From assembly GCA_030264375.1 (NCBI GenBank), contig JASCQW010000027.1:58276829-58337045 (forward strand): a stretch of 60,217 bases of DNA, given 5' to 3'. Below, piece by piece: positions 24,308 to 35,702 of this stretch (the stretch's first letter is position 1; the number at the start of each line of letters is the position of its first letter). The notes below the pieces were generated by a model. That model saw nothing but the letters and a program-made list of their open reading frames with translations, made no database searches and was not told where the DNA came from. This DNA comes from Carcharhinus longimanus (taxonomy: Eukaryota). The position numbers and the translations under genes were made by a program.

Positions 24308-24771
24308 CTAGAGGAAAAAAAAACAAAGAGAGAGTTTCATCAGTAATAAATGAGTAATACTTGTTTGGTACAAATGAAATGCATGACTAATAAATTTGTT
24401 TAAACTTACAGATGAGAAAAAAATCAGGTGAAAAAAAATACAGCTTTGCCAAATGGGTACATGCATTTAAACTTACCTCTGTACTAAAATTCTCAAAATA
24501 TTTTCCCTTTGTTTAAAGTCCTATGTCAGGAATGCAGCAAATTGTGTAATTTATCCTGCGTTAAATCAAGATAAAAACTCCACTGACATTATTATGTAAC
24601 TAGGCTGCAAATAAGTGTTTCATTTTATAATCAATGCAACGAAATAAACTGTTAGATAATTTTGTTTGCAGTTTTAAAGAAAACTCAGGAGTTGCATCCC
24701 TTGTGAAGTGGCAGGAGTTCTTCTGCGACTCTAGGTAAGGCTACATAAGATATCAAATTAAAGATATCAAG

Positions 24772-25953
24772 CCTGGCAGGGTCTGACAACCATCAGCAAA
24801 CTTGAAAATGGAGTTGGAGTGAAATTCGGCCAGAGTCATAAGTGTATAAGGGGCTGAGGTCACAGCCTTGTGGGGCACTGGTGTTAAGGACAATTGTGGA
24901 GGAGGTGTCGTTGCCTATCCTTACTGATTGTGATCTGTAGATTAGGAAGTCTAGGATCCAGTCGCAGAGGGAGAAGCAGAACCTGAGGCTATGGAGTTTG
25001 GAGGTGTTTAGTAGGAATAATCGTGTTGAAGACTGAGCTGTCATCAATAAATAAGTCTGAAATAAGAGTCTGACATAACTGTCTTTTTTATCTAGGGTTG
25101 AATGTAAGGTTAGAGAGGTGGCATCTGCTGTGGACCTGTTGCAGCGATAGGCAGTGAACTGTAGTGATCTAGGCAATCTGGGAGGCCGAAGTTCATCTGT
25201 GCCATGACTTAACTTTTCAAAGCACTTCTTAATGATGGATGTCAGAGTCACTGAGTGATAGTCATTAAGGTGCGCTGCCTCGCTTCTCTTTGGTACAGAC
25301 ATGATGGTAGTCTTCTAGGTAGAGACCTCAAATTGGTGTAAGGAGAGATTAAAGATGTCTGGTAATTACCCCCTCCAAAGCAGGTCCACGCAGGATTTGA
25401 GTGCTTGTCCAGGTACCCCATTCAGGCCAGTCGCTTTCCATGGGTTAATTTTTGAGAAGGCTGAGCTGACGTCTACGATGGTCACCTCAGATATTGGTTC
25501 AGCTGAGGTTTCCAGGGCAGAAGACGTTCTCTTTGTGCTCATTAGGAAGAGGTGCATAGGTGCCAGTGATTCTACATGCCTTCATTTTGTAGCCTGTTAT
25601 GACTTGCAGACCTTCCCTTAATTGGTGGATGTTCGTGTGGCTAGCCTGGGACTCTAGCTTGGTCTAATACAGATTTGGACACAAGGTGGCATCGGAGCAA
25701 GGCAACTTCTTGAAAACTGCCCAGCATACCCTCTAATTCTACCTTTTCAATGCTTTTAAAAGTCTACTCTAACTCCTATAATCTCTGGAATAATGCTTTA
25801 TTAAGTTGATCTTTCTCTACACCTTAACTATGACTGTAAAACTACATTCTGCACTCTTTCCTTTCCTTCTCTATGTACGGTATGTTTTGTCTGTGTAGCA
25901 CACAAGAAACAATATGTTTTACTTTATACAAATATATGTAACAATAATAAATC
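24772..25953. mobile_element. Rex1/Babar-like LINE with RT part on minus strand (24772-~25690) and 3' tail on plus strand (~25715-25953)
   Basis: Minus strand reads 'VPKRSEAAHLNDYHSVTLTSIIKKCFEKL...AYRCNRSTADA...LCDWILDFL..RSQSVRIGN...APQGC.LSPLY'. Plus-strand tail '...gtaacaataataaatc' matches the 3' end at 34840-35150. Confidence 0.8.
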
Positions 25954-26899
25954 AAGATGTCTCTCAAGTTCCTTTTGTTCCTGATTTCACGAAAGATTGC
26001 TTTTCCCCAACCAGTTCTATTGAGAATAAAACACCTGATCTTTATTTTTAAAATGGGTAAAAATAACCAGAATTAACGCTCCTTTGATCCATCCAATCTA
26101 TGTCTCATTAAAGTATGAATGATCACTCAAAGACATGCAGTAGTTTGGAAATGTGAAGTCTATGTGAATTAAATCACTCATATCTGATAGTTAACTTGTT
26201 GGTAAAGTATTGATTTGTTTGTATTCCCCTTGTCGCCTAGTTGGACCTTTGGAAGTCAGTACCCTGATGTGTTTACCAGTACACACTTTAAATAGAAATA
26301 TTAAGGGGGAAGAAACTTGAAATTGGGACAACAAAACCAAAGAATGCTGGAGAGTGCTAAATGTTTGCAATTAATTTGTAAAAAAAGGCCTGCAGGTGTG
26401 AAACTTCTAAAATGGAATAAGGAAGACTGCTGAGAAACTACAAAACTTGACAAAAAAAAAACAACCAGGCAAAATAATGGAGAAAATTTATTGGACTGGT
26501 AGCAACACCTATTTTCTTGAGAATTATGAAGAAAGACACAACAGCAAAAGAGAATTTTAGATAGTGTATTGGCAATTTTACCCCTAATCACAAAACCTCT
26601 GAAGTTTCTTATGACTAAGAAACAGCATGTTATTGTAACTCTTGAATTCAAATGCAGCTATGAACATACTATCCAAACGGCTTGAAACAAAGTAATTGTC
26701 CTGTATTCTTATTCAACTTGCAAAGGCCTAACATGCAGCAGAACGCGCCTGTGTGTAATAATAGTACTAAATTAGTTATAATCTTTTCTAGCCATACATT
26801 TTTAAGAATATATCTTCATCTCGTCTTTGTCAAAACTCGATACCCACAAATTGATTTTACCCCTTAATATCCCGAGACTGAACCAAACTGTTAGCAACT

Positions 26900-29800
26900 T
26901 TATATGTTCTATTCAATCCCCAAGTTGAGCTTCCAATCCCATGTCCTCATCGCCCCAAAAACCACCAACACTTCCAACTCATCAACGCCTTTCGATATAG
27001 GAACCCTAATATCACCACTAGACAGGCAAGGAAAGACAGTGATGAACCCAAATGTATTACAAAACATACTCCAGAAAGGTGCAGTTGCCAGATGGCTGAT
27101 TATTGCAAGCACTGTCAAAGCGAACAACAAAGCGAAGTTTCAGAAACAAACAAAACACATGCTGCCCTGTGAAAAAACTGAGGCCAGTAGAGATATTATA
27201 ACTGAATCATATCATCACAAAGAAGTTGCCCCAATATTGGTAGAATTACTGGTGAATGATCACCCCTTGAACATTGAGATGGACATAGGGGCTGCAGTCT
27301 CGGTTATCAGAAAACAGGCATATAAGTGTCTCAAATCTGGCATCCAACTCCTGAGGTTGGAAGATACGAAGAACAGACTAGCAAGCTACACGGGGGAACC
27401 TTTACAAATAAAAGGCACCAGAATGGTGCCAGTAACCTACAGGCAGCAATCAGCTTATCTCCCACTCATTATTGTATGGGGACATGGACCAAGACTGATG
27501 GGAAGAGACTGGCTCCAGCAAATCAGCTGAACTGGTCAGAGATCTTCAGGCTAGGCATGGGGACTGTACAAAGTTAATAATAGATAACTTGGAGTTTTCC
27601 AAGGAGGTCTGAGAAAAAGAAAAGGGGCCAACGTCAAGATCTGCATTGACCCCAATGCTACACCGAGACATTTCAAAGCAAGACCATACCCTTACTGCAT
27701 GCTGAAGAAGGTGGAAACCAAACTAGAGCGCATTAAAATTTTAGATATACGAAGGCCAGTGCAATTTGCAAAATGGGCTTTGCCGGTAGTCCCTATTCTT
27801 AATCTCGACAAATCAGTTTGTCTTTGTGGGGGCTATAAACTAACAGCCAATTGGGTCTCCAAACCTAATGGATACCCCATGTCTCACTGGATGCTTATCT
27901 AACAGGCAGCAAGACATTCTCCAAGTTGGACATGAGCTATGCCTATCTTCAGTTTGAATTGGATGATGAGTCCTCCCAGAAATATGTGACGATGGACGAA
28001 CATAAGGGACTCGGTGAGTATACCCACTTGCCTTTAGGGGTCTCATCAGCACATGCCATTTCCCAAAGAGTTATCAAGAATATCCTTCAAGAACTACCCA
28101 AGGTAAAAAGGTAAAGTTGCCATAGCTCCAGATGACCATAGACTGCTTTCCTCTTTCAGGGAGAGAGCTGACTGGTGGTAATTTAACCTGAGGATATCAC
28201 ACCTCAGGCAAGGGACAAGATTGAGAAAGCAGGCCTTCATGAATAACCTCAATCAGTTTGGGAACTGAACCCACACTGTTGATGCCACTCTGCATCACAA
28301 TCAGCTTTTTCAATCAGCTGACCAACTGTTCTATTTGGTGTGAAAAGTTCCATCAATACGTCTGTAGTTTTTTTTATAGTTACTGACCATAAACTCTTGT
28401 TGGGCCTTTTCAAAGAGGGCAAAGCAATCCCTGATATTTCCTCTACTTGGAGATACAACACTGGGTCTTGTTATTTGCAGCCTAGAAACATCTTCTCGAC
28501 CACTGCCCAAGAATCTGAATATCCAATGCTGAATTGCTGAGTCGCCTCCCGTTGTCCACAAGACCAGCCCTTTTACCAGCATTGTGTTAGAGATGAATAT
28601 AAAATGTGGTAAACATAAAATTATGACTGACGAAATGGAACTAGGATCTTGTAACTATACAACAGCAAACAGACATAGTTTAAACAACACAGGATGGGGC
28701 AAGGATGAGGGGGANNNNNNNNNNNNNNNNNNNNNNNNNNNNNNNNNNNNNNNNNNNNNNNNNNNNNNNNNNNNNNNNNNNNNNNNNNNNNNNNNNNNNN
28801 NNNNNNNNNNNNNNATCTTATTGAATGGCGGGGCAGGCTCGAAGGGCCAGATGGCCTACTCCTGCTCCTATTTCTTATGTTCTTATGATGGATTCCAAGG
28901 GCAACCTTCCGAAGAAGTGAAACCCTGCCTTATTAAGAAGGATAAACTTAGTGTTCAAGGTGGGATCATTCTTTGGGGGTCTCAAATGATCGTTTTGTGC
29001 CCCCCCACCTCACAGAACAACATTCAATATTAACTGAACTAGATAGCAGCTACCCTGGAGTATCAAAAATGCTGGTGCGGAGCTATGAATGATGGCCCAG
29101 TCTTGACTCTGACATGAAAGACTTGAAGCAATCTGACCTATGCCAGGAAAATCAAAAACATCCTTCCTCAGCTGCTCTGCAACCAGTGGCTTGCCAGGCC
29201 ATGGGTGCATGTACTTGAAGACTTTGTGGGGGCCCTTTACAGGCTTCATTTTGTTATTTACAGTAGATGCACACTTCAAATGGGTGGAGGTGCACCTCGT
29301 GTGTTTCACAATTACTCAGATTATGATCGAGAAATTATGACAAAGCTTCAGTACACACAGAGTACCACATGTCCTGGTTTCTGATAATGGTATGGCCTTT
29401 ATTAGTGGTGATTTCCAGAACTTTGTGTTTTCTCATGGTATCTGACACTTCTGAATACCACCCAGCATCAAATGGACTGGCGGAATGAGAGTTCAAATTT
29501 TCAAAAATGATATGTAGAAACAAATGGTGGCGTTCATGGAAACCAAACTGACACTATCTTTGTTCAATTACAGGTCCATATGGCACACAACACCAGGTGT
29601 TGCCCCAGCAGAGTTATTATTGGGTTGATGGTTTCATACCAGATTAAGCCTACAATTCCCAAATTTAGTAGGGAGGGTGGAAGCCCAGCATGAAAACCAA
29701 AAAAAAATTACAATTCTGCAAGGGGAGAAAGAACTTTTGCACCGGGTGATCTTGTACATGTGAGAAACTTCGGAGATGGGCCCAGTTGGGTCTCTAGAAC

Positions 29801-30365
29801 TATTATGGAGAAAATGGGGTCAGTATCATACAAGGTCAAAATACAGTGTGAAACCTTAAAGAAACACTTGGGCCATCTCAGAGCCAGGGAGTCCATGCCT
29901 GAGCATGCATCACTATGCCATGAAGGTGGCCACTTCCAATGTCATCCCTCAGGGGGTTCTGTGTTAGCCCAGCCGGATAATGAAGGTATGGACTTGGAGA
30001 TGGAGGCTGAAGAAGTCAGCCTCTGGCTGAAACAGAATCTGAGGAGTAACTCGCATTGGTAATACTGTGGCCCTTCTTTCGGAAATGAAGGTCCCCTGTT
30101 CGATTTACACTGCCTGGCCCAGACCCGCTTTCAACAGACCTTTTTTGAGAGCTTCGTAGAACATGAACTTCCTTATTGAGTGAGCAGGGTTCGCCCAATG
30201 AGAAGCAGAAAATGGGGGCTCATAAACCTGCTGCTTTACTCGGACTGGCGTTGTAACTCCCAAGATGTAGATTGTCCAGCTGCAAGTTGCGTGTGCAGCA
30301 TTTCTCTTTGGTACACAATAAAGGGCCTTTGGTGACAGGAAACTGGTGTCTGACTGAATTACTAC
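26900..30365 (+). mobile_element. Degenerate Ty3/Gypsy LTR retrotransposon (protease-RT-RNaseH-integrase plus partial 3' LTR)
   Basis: Protease 'VNDHPLNIEMDIGAAVSVI'; RT 'WALPVVPIL..DKSVCLCGGYKLT', 'LDMSYAYLQFELD', 'LPLGVSSA'; RNase H 'IVTDHKLLLGLF'; integrase 'VDAHFKWVEV', 'VSDNG', 'YHPASNGLAE'. LTR-like end with AATAAA at ~30318 and ...ACTACA. Many stops and frameshifts. Confidence 0.88.
28102..28330 (-). mobile_element. tRNA-derived SINE (third family) inserted in Gypsy pol
   Basis: Reversed B-box 'gggaactgaaccc' at ~28260 and a tandem (aaggta)n tail at 28100-28115. It interrupts pol between RT and RNase H. Confidence 0.6.
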
Positions 30366-30446
30366 AGTTGCAATGATCCTTTGTCAAAAACTCAGCTAAA
30401 AATGCCGAGTTGCTGGTCGTCAACCAAGGCTTATTTGAACAGTGCA

Positions 30447-30550
30447 TTCAGAAATAAAAACTGAAAATGCCGCCAGACCTGCTGTGTTTATCTAACATTT
30501 TCTATTTTCATCTCAGATTTTCAGCATCTGCAGTGTTTTTCTTTTATTTG
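30447..30550. mobile_element. Short palindromic PLE-terminus-derived element
   Basis: Self-complementary 'aaataaaaactgaaaatgc...acattttctattttcatc'. Homologous in the opposite orientation to 31752-31878. Confidence 0.5.
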
Positions 30551-31413
30551 AGTGCAATCAAAATGTTTGAATGAACAGGAAGCAAATTTTTCTTTAGGAG
30601 GGATAAAGGCAGAATTAATGNNNNNNNNNNATCTTGTGGAATGATAAAAACAATACACCAATGTATGATGTTGTAAAGCACATTAAACACTCTAGACTTA
30701 GTGAGTAAATTCAGCCTTGAAAAGAAAACATTGTCACCATTTGATAAAAGACGGAGATATTTTAGAAGATAGAAATCCTAGAACTCCCTACCTAATGGCA
30801 GCATTGGAATACCTACGCAACATGATTGCTGCGGTTGTGACTTACACCATCTTCTTGAGAGCAATTACGAACAGGCAATAAATGCTGGTCTTGCCAGCAG
30901 AGTCCACCCCCCATGAACAAATAAACAAAAAAACGAATGATGCATTCTAAGGAGTATCAGGAATTTATTCTCATTCCAAATTGTTCTGTAGGTGACAAGA
31001 CCAAAAGTGACACATATCAAATAATAAATATTTGAAATACATGCCTGCTGCACAAACTGAACATTATTTCATACAAGAGATGAACATATCCATAACTGAT
31101 TGAAATTAACAGTACAACTCAGTTCTCCTCATGGTTCATTTACTTTATCCAGTGAGTGGCTGAATTATATACATGTCTCCCAGACTTAGTCCCATGTGCA
31201 CGCTAAGTTGTTTCATCTCTCTTGGGATGATCATCAGGATGATGATCAGGATTAGTTTTACCACCCATTTGAAATTAGGGAGGGAGGAATAACAATTAAG
31301 GATTTCCAAGGACAGGTTATCATTGAAATGATTAATAAAAAATTCCAGTACAATATTATCTAATATTTGAAATGAAAAAGAAAATTGCTTTAAAGAACAG
31401 CATTTCAACTTAC

Positions 31414-31502
31414 CTAACACCAAACATATGGGAATGTTCATAGTTAAATAGAGAATGTATTTTGGCATTTGAATTCATAATTATCAGTCGATCAATTACA
31501 TC
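31414..31502 (-). CDS. TBC1D32: TBC1D32 internal exon 6 (89 bp, phase 0-2)
   Basis: ccctttaaag|GAT ... AG|gtaagt. Encodes [29 protein letters not shown](R). Confidence 0.95.
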
Positions 31503-31751
31503 CTTTAAAGGGAAAAAAGCAAAATACATCAATTTTAATTATTATAAACACTTGTTTAAAAGGATAACTGATAGAACACAATGACTAGGTTCATAAGTTT
31601 ATTATATATATTTTGTAAATGTACTTAGGCAAATTAATCTTTCAATGAGTCTGTGGGAAGGATCTATGTGCAAACGTAGAACATACAACCATATTTTGCA
31701 AATAGTATATTTTTAAATTAGTATTCTAGCAGATAAACACAGCATTGGGGC

Positions 31752-31878
31752 AAAAGGCAAATAGACCGCAAATGCTGCAATCTGAAACAGAAAGTGCTAG
31801 AAAAACTCAGCAGGTCTGACAGAATCTGTGGAGAGAGAATAGAACAAATGTTTTGTGTCAGAATGACCCTTCATCCTC
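31752..31878 (-). mobile_element. PLE-terminus-derived fragment with decayed hammerhead core
   Basis: Minus strand GAUGA A GGGUC-AUUCU-GACAC AAAA, followed by 'ctctctccacagattctgtcagacctgctgag'. Confidence 0.5.
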
Positions 31879-31879
31879 T

Positions 31880-32265
31880 GATCTCAAAGAAACCTATTAC
31901 ATTTGAACAGGACTAGACAGCGTTGATGCAGGAAGGACTTTCCTGATGGTAGCGTTATTCAGAACAAGAGGTCATAGACTAAGGATATGAGGTAAACCTT
32001 TTAGGACTGAAGTGAGAGAAATTTCTTCACCCAGAGAGTGGTAAAATTGGGGAATTCACTACCACAGCAAGAAATTGAGATCAAAACATTTTATGTTTTC
32101 AAGAAGGAGTTAGATATTGCTCTTGGGGAGAAGGGAATCAAAGGATATGAGGGGAAAGGGGGAATCAACTGTTCAGTTGAATGATCAGCCGTCATCATAA
32201 TGAATGGCAAAGCAGGCTCAATGGATCAAATGGCCCACTCCTGCTCCTAGTTTCTTTGTTTCTAT
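31880..32265 (+). mobile_element. CR1 3' fragment
   Basis: Contains 'ttcttcacccagagagtggt...ggaattcactaccacag...aagaaggagttagat' and a CR1 tail. Confidence 0.85.
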
Positions 32266-33280
32266 TGTGGCCACAACAGAAGATAAGAGGCTGGGTATTC
32301 TGAGACGAGTAACTCCTGAATCCCCAAGGTTTTTCTCCCATTTATAAGGCATAAGATCTGAAGGGTGTTGGAATGTTCTCAACTTGCTTCGGTGAGTGTA
32401 GCTCCAACACTCAAAAAATTCCACACATCCAGGACAAAGGCCCCAATTAACCAACACCCTCCAATACTTTAAACATTCACTTTCTCCATCAGCAACACAC
32501 TGTGATCATACTGTGTACTATCTACAGGACAGCATACCAACATCCCCTTAACAGTCAATGACAAAGCGATCATCAAGTTCCCCACTATCAACCTCATGGA
32601 CCAGTAAATGAATTAGGTTTGCCACATAAATGTGATGCTTAGATCAGGTCAGAAACTGCATATTTTGCATCAAGGGGCTTTCCTCATGCCTCTCTATCTG
32701 TACAAGGTACATCAGGAATGAAACTGGAGCTCAATGCCGCAAAACAACTGAATGACCTGCTATGATCTGCAAGGATAAATGCCTCTGTCCTTTCTTATCT
32801 CCACTTGTCTGGATAGATGTAGCTCCAACTCCACTCAGTAGCCTGATACTGACCAGCACAAAGCAGTCTCTTCATCAATACCACATCCAATGATTTAAAA
32901 CATTCACTCCTTTCATCACTAACATTTCATTGTTGCAGTGTGCACTATCTATACGGTGCAATACAAACAACATGCAAGGAATTCTTTAGCAGCACTTCCC
33001 AAACTTTTAACCTCCATCATCTGGTAGGACAAAGGCAAAAGGTGTATGACAACACCAATGTGTCCAAGCTGCCCTCCAGGTTATACACTATCCTGACTTG
33101 GACATACTATTCCTTCATTGTCACTCTATTAAAATCCTGGAACTTGTTCCTAGCAGCATTGTTCATCATCAAGGTTGTCACATAAAGAGGAGGTTCACCA
33201 CCACCTTGTCCAGGGCAACTACATATGGGCAATACATGCCTACTTTTTGCCAGTGACAGCGTTGCCCAAAAATGAATTTT
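32266..33280 (+). mobile_element. L2/CR1-group LINE 3' fragments (same family as 7085-7745)
   Basis: Two overlapping degenerate copies ending in 'caccaccaccttg..agggcaact...gggcaata.atgc..gccagtgac'. The same tail occurs at 30780-30930. Confidence 0.7.
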
Positions 33281-33429
33281 AAAAGAAAACTGTCACTTTG
33301 ACAAAACAAAGCTCCTACTGTTAAAGTTTAAGGTAAATAATTTTATGTTTAAAAATTATGCAGATTTTTAAATTGCAATAATAAATCAACAATTATCATG
33401 TAATTGCAAGCAAAAGCTATTACACTTAC

Positions 33430-33549
33430 CACAATTGAGGTAGGCACTTCACGCAAGGAGTATGATGCCTTGTTTGGCAATGGTAGATTGCCAATTAGTT
33501 CATATACAGCATAGAAAGATGAGAGCAGGTTTACTAGAGCTAGGAATGA
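33430..33549 (-). CDS. TBC1D32: TBC1D32 internal exon 5 (120 bp, phase 0-0)
   Basis: ctttcaag|TCA ... GTG|gtaagt. Encodes [40 protein letters not shown] (inside track ORF 33349..33564). Confidence 0.95.
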
Positions 33550-34019
33550 CTTGAAAGTACACAAAAAAATTATATTAATATTTATAAAACTTAAATAGGT
33601 TTCATAATAATAATGAAGAAAAATTATCTAACATGCAACACAGAACATAAAACCATAAATACTGCATAGTGATTAGAAGTGGTTTGGTTTAGGTTTATTA
33701 TTTTGTTTGGAATACAAATTGAAACATTATATTCAACAAAACCAAGACTAGTTAATTGACTCCAGCCTAAATACACCCAGCCGTCATACCTTTATATGGA
33801 GAAAAATCCAATGAAAAATGTTCTTCTTAACTAATCCAACCATTAAAAACTTTTTCCATGGTGATTACAACATCCACAAAACTGACTACTCTCAAACTAC
33901 TTCAGAGGCTGTAAACTGTTTTGAGACATTTAGTAGTGAGAGAAACTAACAATAAATACAAGTCTTTCTGCCCTCAACCTCCCCAGCCCCACCTCCACCA
34001 TCTCCACAAATGGTAAATG

Positions 34020-34400
34020 TGACAACCAGCACCAGAAAACACTGAGGCTTCTGGAGCTCACTCCAGCTGCCCTTCCATCCCATGGAATAGCTCAGGAATC
34101 TATGAGCATCCATAAGAAGTAGGTAGTGCTGGAGCCCATCCAGGGACTTACCACCCAAGAGACCCTGGTAGTAATTAGCCCTTCTGACTCCTTCTTCACC
34201 CTTTCTGATCTTGGCACTTCTCAGGAGCAGAGGACCCAACAAGGTGAAATAGTAACATCATTGCCACCCGAGAGTCAGCCAGGTCCCTCCGGTCCAAGAC
34301 CTCCAGAGGATACCTGCCAAGGGCATCTCAGGCAACAGCGCATGTAAGGGAGCAGACCACTTACATCCATGATATGCAACCTGAAAACACATCTAGATGT
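34020..34400 (+). mobile_element. Harbinger Myb-like gene C-terminal remnant
   Basis: Segment 'SQPGPSGPRPP..' is homologous to 20680-20745. Confidence 0.35.
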
Positions 34401-34839
34401 AGTGGGAGGTCTCAAAAGAGTTTTAGGGGCATAGACTAGGCGTGGGAGAAGTTAGGCACAATTAGTTGGGGTTCAATGTAATTTGTCACGAAAGCACAAC
34501 TCACCTAATTAACCTTATTGTTGTTCATATGACTGCACACTTTTTTTGACCCTTCTCCCATTGGGATAGGTATTTACCCTAACTGGATAAAACTTTTCCC
34601 ATAAACTTGTAAGTTAAAGCAAATAGTAAGGCCCACTGAAATCGAGATGGACATACATCCTGGAAGGACTCTGCCATTAATCACTGAACCCTAGACCTTG
34701 TCCCTGTTCCCCCCGGAAAGCCATAAAACAAAGGGATGTGGGCCTCCTCAGTCTCATCACTCCTTGCCATTAATCTCATGAGCCCCATTCTCCCAAGTGG
34801 ACCACAGCAACAGCTGAAAACTGTGCACTCATTCTCACT

Positions 34840-35153
34840 TCTAATTTGATTTGACTTATTATTGTTGCATGTATTAGTATACAGTGTTTCTTGTGCGGTA
34901 TATAGCCAAAGCATACTGTACATGAGGAAGGAAAGGAGAGAGTGCAGAATGTGTTACAGTCATAGCTAGGGTGTAGAGAAATACAGGTCCATTCAAAAGT
35001 CCAATGGTAGCAGGGAAGAAGCTGTTTTTGAGTTGGTTGGTACGTGATCTCAGACTTTTGTATTTTTTTCTCGATGGAAGAAGGTGAAACAGTACGTCTG
35101 GGGTGCCTGGGTCCAGGATTAAGCTGGCTGCTTTTCCAAGGCAGTGGGAAGTG
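34840..35153 (-). mobile_element. Rex1/Babar-like LINE 3' end
   Basis: Reads 'SHCLGKAASLILDP....LFHLLPSRKKYKSLRSRTNQLKNSFFPATIGLLN', followed by a 3' UTR and an (aaatc)n tail. Confidence 0.85.
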
Positions 35154-35330
35154 NNNNNNNNNNNNNNNNNNNNNNNNNNNNNNNNNNNNNNNNNNNNNNN
35201 NNNNNNNNNNNNNNNNNNNNNNNNNNNNNNNNNNNNNNNNNNNNNNNNNNNNNNNNNNNNNNNNNNNNNNNNNNNNNNNNNNNNNNNNNNNNNNNNNNNN
35301 NNNNNNNNNNNNNNNNNNNNNNNNNNNNNN

Positions 35331-35465
35331 GGTACACCCTCAGCACTGACCGTCTGACAGTGCGGCACTCCCTCAGCACTGACCCTCTGAGAGTGCGGCA
35401 CTCCCTCAGTACTGACGTCTGACTGTGGCACCCCCTCAGCACTGATCCTCTGACAGTGCGGCACT
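35331..35465. repeat. 33-bp tandem repeat (4 visible units, likely extends into the gap)
   Basis: Unit cctcagcactgaccctctgacagtgcggcactc. Confidence 0.92.
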
Positions 35466-35479
35466 TGTACCTAAAGGTG

Positions 35480-35702
35480 AGAATGTTTTGATGGGGGACA
35501 GTGTAGAGGGAGCTTTACTCTGTATCTAATGCTGCACTGTACCTGTCCTGGGAGTGTTTGATGGGGACAGTGTAGAGTGAGCTTTACTCTGAATCTAACC
35601 TCATGCTGTACCTGTCCTGGGAATATTTGTTGGGGACAGTGCAGAGGAAGGTTAACTCTGTATCTAACCCTGTGCTGGGAGTGTTTGATGGGACAGTGTA
35701 GA
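35480..35702. repeat. ~68-bp tandem repeat (~3.5 units)
   Basis: Unit gggacagtgtagagggagctttactctgtatctaa...gctgtacctgtcctgggagtgtttgatg. Confidence 0.9.

Noticed and set aside
26904-27530. 208-aa ORF as a domesticated aspartic protease
   Set aside because: It sits in colinear decayed Gypsy pol, the catalytic motif is DIG, and the frame ends at a premature stop.
35331-35702. Regularly spaced repeats as a CRISPR array
   Set aside because: The units are tandem with no unique spacers, the context is vertebrate, and there are no cas genes.
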